Positions 59,095 through 64,000 of a DNA stretch of 64,000 bases are shown piece by piece. The stretch is from a virus. The DNA lies in IMG/VR virus record IMGVR_UViG_3300037440_000222. One strand, given 5' to 3'. The translations under genes and the position numbers were made by a program. The stretch's first letter is position 1, and every line of letters starts with the position of its first letter. A model generated the notes under the pieces. That model was given only the letters and a program-made list of their open reading frames with translations. It searched no databases and had not been told where the DNA came from.

Positions 59095-59429
59095 TGAAAA
59101 CTGTAGACATCTACGACGAGCAAGGATGGTTACGCCGTTACGAAATCCGCGACGACATGGTTGAATTTGAAGCAACAGCGGGTCTACCTATCTCCCCACC
59201 CGACCTTACGTTGCTCAATTGTGACGAAATCCTAAAAGAGTTGCACAATATGTTAACCGAGCGCAATCTAATCACCATCGACGATATTCAACGCACTAAC
59301 ACACGTTTATCCAACACCATCCTTGCAGTCATGTTGCCTAAAATCATGAACCTTTATAAGCAATTATCCGCAGAACCAATCATTATCGGTACAAATGGTA
59401 AATCACACCTTCAGGACACTAGGAGTTAA
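59094..59429 (+). CDS. hypothetical protein (111 aa)
   Basis: ORF track 59073..59429. ATG 59094 gives a TAATG overlap with the upstream stop. Confidence 0.5.
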   Translation: MKTVDIYDEQGWLRRYEIRDDMVEFEATAGLPISPPDLTLLNCDEILKELHNMLTERNLITIDDIQRTNTRLSNTILAVMLPKIMNLYKQLSAEPIIIGTNGKSHLQDTRS

Positions 59430-59431
59430 CA

Positions 59432-60943
59432 ATGGCAGGAACAGGACAATCACAACGCGACGCAATGGTCAATTCGCTAAACCGCGCATGGATTATTGCG
59501 GGTCGGGCGCGTCCAGACCACACACCCGACTATCAATCCTACACGCGTCTCGGCCCGATTACGTGGAATATCGGTTCGGTCAATCCTATCTTTGACCCTG
59601 ACCCGCAGAAACTTGGGTCATTTATCCAGACAGGTTCGTTCCGTGATGCGGAAGAACGTCCAACAACGTCGCTCATCAGTCACTACGCTGCTGACATCAA
59701 ATCGGCGCTCATTGACCTTGCGACTAAGAAATGCCCCGCAGATATTCAGTTGCACATTGGTAAATGCGAAGACCCGTCCATCTTTGAGAACTATGTCAAA
59801 GCGATTATCTTTGAAGATGTGCAGTTAGAGACGTACTCGACAGAAGACCTCGGCGCATTAGAACCTGGTGAACAGGGGAAAGTTGATGAAACTGGTGAAA
59901 TCTCAGCAGCGCGGTTCTACGAGTTCCGTCCGCTATCGGTTTCTGCGCGTACCCCGTCTGCCGTTACTAATCGTGTAATCGACGTAGTGATTTGCGACAA
60001 TCAATCCTGCGGCGACTGCGAAGATGAATCAGACGGCTGCCAGCGCATCATCGCTATTACCAATGCGGCAGGCGGTTCACCGTCCACACCGGCAGACATC
60101 GTGTACTCGTTGGACAAAGGACTGACGTGGTTAGCACATGACATCGACAGTCTGGACGCGGCGGAAGACCCTAGCGAAGTTGATTGTGTTGGCCGCTACG
60201 TGGTAGTGGTCAGTAATGCGAGTGGTTCGCTGCACTACGCGCCGCTTGCTGAACTCAAAGCAGGCGTTGACCCCGATTTTACCGAAGTTTCAACAGGATT
60301 TGTTGTGAACGGTGAACCTAACGCTATTCACTCGGTCGGACGGAAAGCGTACATCGTTGGTGATTTGGGTTATATCTACACCACCACCGACCCGACCGCA
60401 GGTGTCACGCCTATCGACGAAGGTAGCGCAACGGTCGCAGTTCTGAACGCCGTTTACGGTCTGAGTGAGGAGTTTGCGGTTGCTGTTGGTAACGACGGCG
60501 CAATCATAGTTATCAACAACGACCTCGCGTCCTCTCTGACCACGACTCCTATCGCAATTGGCGAAGATATTATTTCTGTCTTTGTCAAGAATAGGAAAGA
60601 GTGGTTCATCGGAACAGCGTCAGGTAACTTCTGGTACACGCTGGACGGTGGTGAAACTTGGACTCAGAAAGTCCTTGACGGTAGTCCAACCGCTGTTACT
60701 GCGATTGATATGCCGACCGCAAGTGTCATGTACGTGTCGGCCACAGTCTCAACTGGCGGCACGGTGTATCTATCAATCAACGGTGGACAATCCTTTGAGC
60801 GTCTGCCGAGCGACACAGGCATCTTCCCGCCGAACGATGAGATTGATGCAATTGCGGTATGTGCATTTGACCCTGACTTCTTTGTCGCGGTTGGTCTAGG
60901 CGACGATGCAACGGACGGGTTTATCGCTATTGGAAACGACTAA
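59432..60943 (+). CDS. putative major tail protein with C-terminal BNR/Asp-box-like repeats
   Basis: Lies immediately before the chaperone/tape-measure pair. Asp-box-like SLDKGLTWLAH, TLDGGETWTQK and SINGGQSFERL. Confidence 0.4.
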   Translation: MAGTGQSQRDAMVNSLNRAWIIAGRARPDHTPDYQSYTRLGPITWNIGSVNPIFDPDPQKLGSFIQTGSFRDAEERPTTSLISHYAADIKSALIDLATKKCPADIQLHIGKCEDPSIFENYVKAIIFEDVQLETYSTEDLGALEPGEQGKVDETGEISAARFYEFRPLSVSARTPSAVTNRVIDVVICDNQSCGDCEDESDGCQRIIAITNAAGGSPSTPADIVYSLDKGLTWLAHDIDSLDAAEDPSEVDCVGRYVVVVSNASGSLHYAPLAELKAGVDPDFTEVSTGFVVNGEPNAIHSVGRKAYIVGDLGYIYTTTDPTAGVTPIDEGSATVAVLNAVYGLSEEFAVAVGNDGAIIVINNDLASSLTTTPIAIGEDIISVFVKNRKEWFIGTASGNFWYTLDGGETWTQKVLDGSPTAVTAIDMPTASVMYVSATVSTGGTVYLSINGGQSFERLPSDTGIFPPNDEIDAIAVCAFDPDFFVAVGLGDDATDGFIAIGND

Positions 60944-61008
60944 TAACTAACTAACAACGGGAGTTTAGGGGGAACTCCCACTATAAATTCTTCAAACTGG
61001 AGAGAACA

Positions 61009-61674
61009 ATGACTGAGCAAACTGCTGAGAAAGAAACGCAAGACGAATTATTGCCTGAACCAAAGGAACAGGAAACGGATGGGGGAAGCGTGAACGGTAA
61101 ACCGACCTCAAAGCGCAAAACACCTGCTGCTGCGAAAGTCGCTAAACAGCGCGAGATTCAACTGAACGAGGATGATGAACTCGTTATCAAAGTTGTTAAA
61201 GAAGTTGATGATGACGGGAATACTGTCAAACGCGATGTACGTGTGCGCTTCAAATCCGTCGCCCCCTATCTGCTTTATGAAGTGACGCAGGCAATTGAAC
61301 AACCAACCCCACCGACTTATATCAATCCTAAATCGGAAAAAGAAGAATTCAACTACGACAGTCCGCAATACGAGTTGGATATGAAAGCGTACCAGCAAGA
61401 AGTGGACGAAGCAGTTGCAGACGCGCTCATTTTATTCGGTGTAGAAGTTATTGGTGAATATCCTAAAGAGTTTTATAACGATGAGTGGATTGCATCGTTG
61501 CGCTATACGAAAGTCATTGACCCGCAACTGAACACCGACGACGAATTCACGCGCAAGCTACTCTATAAGAAATTCATTCTAGGTATCGCGCCTGAACATA
61601 TCCGCAAACTGACTGAAATGTCGTCCGTGACGCAGGAGGAAATCGCGCAATCGCGAGACTCCTTTCAAGGTTAG
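61009..61674 (+). CDS. tail assembly chaperone (G-like, 0-frame product)
   Basis: Acidic 221-aa ORF directly upstream of the tape-measure gene. It is followed by a start-less overlapping ORF. Confidence 0.55.
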   Translation: MTEQTAEKETQDELLPEPKEQETDGGSVNGKPTSKRKTPAAAKVAKQREIQLNEDDELVIKVVKEVDDDGNTVKRDVRVRFKSVAPYLLYEVTQAIEQPTPPTYINPKSEKEEFNYDSPQYELDMKAYQQEVDEAVADALILFGVEVIGEYPKEFYNDEWIASLRYTKVIDPQLNTDDEFTRKLLYKKFILGIAPEHIRKLTEMSSVTQEEIAQSRDSFQG

Positions 61675-61951
61675 TCATTTAGGATACCCGATTGGTGAGG
61701 CGAGACTTAGGTTCGGTGTTGACCCACATATATCTTTCGGAAGCAAGTTTGAGGAATATCAGGCGTGCATCGCGGCGCGACTCGACTTATGGAAATGGGT
61801 ATCGACAGAGGAATATCCTAAATGGTTCAAAGCGGATGTCATCGCGTTTCACCAATTGAATAATTTAGTAAAAGTCTATACGCAGGACGAAGTAAACAAG
61901 AAACAGGATACGGAAGCTAAGAGAGCTAAAGCGAAGTCTAAGAGACGATAA
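61631..61951 (+). CDS. +1-frame extension ORF (T-like part of a G-T frameshift fusion)
   Basis: The +1 frame relative to 61009..61674 is open from 61631 to TAA 61949-61951. It has no ATG/GTG/TTG and reads ...LGYPIGEARLRFGVDPHISFGSKFEEYQACIAARLDLWKWVSTEEYPKWFKADVIAFHQL... The TAA overlaps the tape-measure ATG. Confidence 0.5.
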   Translation, partial: RRRKSRNRETPFKVSHLGYPIGEARLRFGVDPHISFGSKFEEYQACIAARLDLWKWVSTEEYPKWFKADVIAFHQLNNLVKVYTQDEVNKKQDTEAKRAKAKSKRR

Positions 61952-64000
61952 TGGCACGATTTGAGGAAGTAGGAGTACGAGCAACTGTTCAGAATTTTGG
62001 ACAGTTCATGGCGCAACTAGGTGCTATGCAACGCGCCATAGGCGGTTCTGGCGCGGCAGCATCCGCAGCAGCTACAGGACTCAGAACTATGAGTGGGACG
62101 CTGGCTGCGGTTACGCTCGGTGCGGCTGCTGTTGTCGCGGGTGTCGGCGCGGTCGTTGCTGGTTTTGCCGCAATCGGTGTAAATAGCGTTCGTACCGCTG
62201 CAAGTATGGAGTCTGCGTTCGCCGGTATTCTCAAAACGACTGAAGGATTAGGTAACAATTTATTTGAATTAACTGGACAAGGTGAGCAGGTCTTTCGTCA
62301 ATTTCGTGATTTAGCGTTACGCATCCCGATACCATTTGAGGAACTTGCGCGTATTGGTGAAATCGCGGGGCAGTTGGGGGTTGCAGAAACTGCATTAGCT
62401 GGTTTCACAGAAGTTGTCGCCAATTTAGGAGTCTCAACAGATTTGGCAGTAGAGGAAGCTGCATTTGTATTATCAAGATTTCTCAGCGTTTTCCAAGTAG
62501 CAGAATCACAAATGGTTGATGTAGCTAGTCGAGTGGGTTCTTCAATTGTTGAATTAGGTAACAATTTTGCTTCAACAGAACCTCAAATTACTGATTTTTC
62601 TAACAATCTTTTAGGCATCGCTCGTGTAGTCGGTTTTACGCCTGCTGATATTCTTGCGGTTGCAACTGCTTTCACGTCAGTTGGTGCGAAAGCAGAGGCA
62701 GGTGGTACAGCGGTACAACGTGTTCTTTTAGATATGAACAAGGCTGTACTGACAGGTGCAGGAACAATTGACAAAGAGTGGCAAGGTATTTTACGCACTA
62801 TCGTTCATCAAAGCGAAGTTTCTGTAAGAGAATTGGTAGATGCTTTTATTGAAGGGGGGGATGATATTCAAAAGATTTCCCGACGCACAGGCGTTAGCGT
62901 TGAAAATATTGGTAGCGCAATAGCTTTTGGTCTAGGTGAACAAGGGTCGGAGAAGCTAGAAATATTTGCTAGAACTGCTGGTGTCACGGCAGAAGAATTT
63001 GCTAAAGCGTGGCAGGAAAGACCCGCAGAAGCGTTTTCTATGTTTATTAATGGCTTAAGTGCAGCCGGAGATGAAGCCACTCTGATTCTTGAAGATTTAG
63101 ATGAAGATACACAACGAATGTTACGCTCAATTCTCCCCTTAGTTGCTGCTGAAGGAAGATTAGATGACGCCTTATTATCAGCAGCAGACTCTTTCGGTGA
63201 AAATATTGCACTGACAACTGAAGCCGAAAAACGTTACGCAACTTTTGAATCACAACTACAACTGTTGAAAAACGTTGTCCGCGATGTCGGACTTGACATC
63301 GGTTTATTGCTGATACCGCCGTTGTTAGACTTATTTGAAGCGTTGAAACCGCTAGTACCGTTGATTGGCGGCGCATTAGTTCCGATATTTCAGGGATTTG
63401 CAGGCGCGTTACAACTTTTAGCTGACTCAATCAGTTTTGCATCTGACGTAGCAAGTGGGTTTAGCGACGTTCTATCTCTGATTGCTGGAACGGATGCGGC
63501 TGCACCTGTCATTGACCTTGTTCCAGAAGTTGATACCAGTAGCGTCAAAAGTGTTCAGGAATTCAAGGATGCAATTGACGGCATAGACGATACAGTCATT
63601 GTCACCACAGAAAATGTCAGGGCATTCAAAGATGAACTGGAACAACCACCCGATGTTTCTGGCGCAATCTCTGCCGCTGACCAATTGGGACAAAGCCTTC
63701 ACGACGCTTTAGCAGGCGTTGGTGATGTCATTGATGAACAAGCACCTGTGTTGTCCGACTCTTGGCAAACGTTCACGACTAACATTGAGTTGATTTGGGA
63801 ACGACATGGGGATAATATTATCGAAACTGCTAGAAATACTGGTCAGAGATTACGTGACGCTTGGCAGTTGGAGTTAGACGCACTCGGATTAATCTGGCAA
63901 GAAGGTATTCTGACAGTAATAGGCGGGGTGCTAACTGCACTTTTGGAAGTTGTCAACACTATTCTGATAGCACTTAACGCGGATTGGAGCGCGATATGGC
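61951..64000 (+). CDS. tail tape measure protein (partial, continues beyond the window)
   Basis: Own translation MARFEEVGVRATVQNFGQFMAQLGAMQRAIGG...SAFAGILKTTEGL...FEELARIGEIAGQLGV...LGVSTDLAVEEAAFVLSRF is typical of a TP901-type TMP core. Open to nt 64000. Not in the track because it is truncated. Confidence 0.8.
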   Translation, partial: MARFEEVGVRATVQNFGQFMAQLGAMQRAIGGSGAAASAAATGLRTMSGTLAAVTLGAAAVVAGVGAVVAGFAAIGVNSVRTAASMESAFAGILKTTEGLGNNLFELTGQGEQVFRQFRDLALRIPIPFEELARIGEIAGQLGVAETALAGFTEVVANLGVSTDLAVEEAAFVLSRFLSVFQVAESQMVDVASRVGSSIVELGNNFASTEPQITDFSNNLLGIARVVGFTPADILAVATAFTSVGAKAEAGGTAVQRVLLDMNKAVLTGAGTIDKEWQGILRTIVHQSEVSVRELVDAFIEGGDDIQKISRRTGVSVENIGSAIAFGLGEQGSEKLEIFARTAGVTAEEFAKAWQERPAEAFSMFINGLSAAGDEATLILEDLDEDTQRMLRSILPLVAAEGRLDDALLSAADSFGENIALTTEAEKRYATFESQLQLLKNVVRDVGLDIGLLLIPPLLDLFEALKPLVPLIGGALVPIFQGFAGALQLLADSISFASDVASGFSDVLSLIAGTDAAAPVIDLVPEVDTSSVKSVQEFKDAIDGIDDTVIVTTENVRAFKDELEQPPDVSGAISAADQLGQSLHDALAGVGDVIDEQAPVLSDSWQTFTTNIELIWERHGDNIIETARNTGQRLRDAWQLELDALGLIWQEGILTVIGGVLTALLEVVNTILIALNADWSAIW

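Noticed and set aside
61989-63702. Six minus-strand ORFs (62-127 aa) listed in the track.
   Set aside because: All lie antisense to the continuous, motif-rich tape-measure reading frame (61951 onward). They are Ala/Ser/Pro-rich in composition and lack an RBS. They are antisense artefacts of a GC-biased coding strand.
1-64000. Genome-wide reassignment of TGA (code 4/25-like) as the explanation for the in-frame TGA.
   Set aside because: Many well-supported genes in the window terminate at TGA with coupled ATGA restarts, for example 707..1243, 31182..31373 and 34902..35315. TGA therefore functions as a stop here.

Overview
The window reads as one contiguous stretch of a large tailed dsDNA phage or prophage genome. 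I saw no rRNA, CRISPR array, integrase or transposase. Two divergent arms meet at a promoter-rich gap at about 36.31-36.41 kb.

Left arm (1-36306, almost all minus strand): replication, recombination and accessory genes. These include a partial DinG/XPD-like helicase, an OmpR-type wHTH protein, Gp37/Gp68, an HNH nuclease, a ThiF/E1-like protein, a vWA protein with a TROVE/Ro60-like front half, and a SWIM-like protein. Also present are an LCP-family protein, a ParM-like actin, a Rad52/Sak-like annealase, an ERCC4-like nuclease, a UvrD-like helicase and an RtcB RNA ligase. There are three HExxH proteins, two beta-clamp-like mini proteins and many small membrane or zinc-ribbon ORFs. A minus-strand RNA operon at 7.3-9.4 kb (with outliers at 4.6 and 5.7 kb) carries 8 canonical-looking tRNAs, two unusual tRNA-like RNAs and long structured spacers.

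Right arm (36412-64000, plus strand): TerS, TerL, portal, a DNA methyltransferase, a protease/scaffold-like protein, the major capsid protein, an RHH regulator and an M23 peptidase. A glycan-modification island follows (kinase-like protein, two SAM methyltransferases, a sulfotransferase, and a 1087-aa GT4+GT2+GT2 enzyme). Then come putative tail genes, a chaperone pair that needs a +1 frameshift, and a truncated tape-measure gene.

Also visible are recurrent sigma70-type promoters (TTGACAAAT...), several intrinsic terminators and two families of non-coding repeats (an array at 29.35-29.85 kb and an inverted pair at 41.0-41.26 kb).

All functional calls rest on motif reading by eye. No database search or folding program was available.
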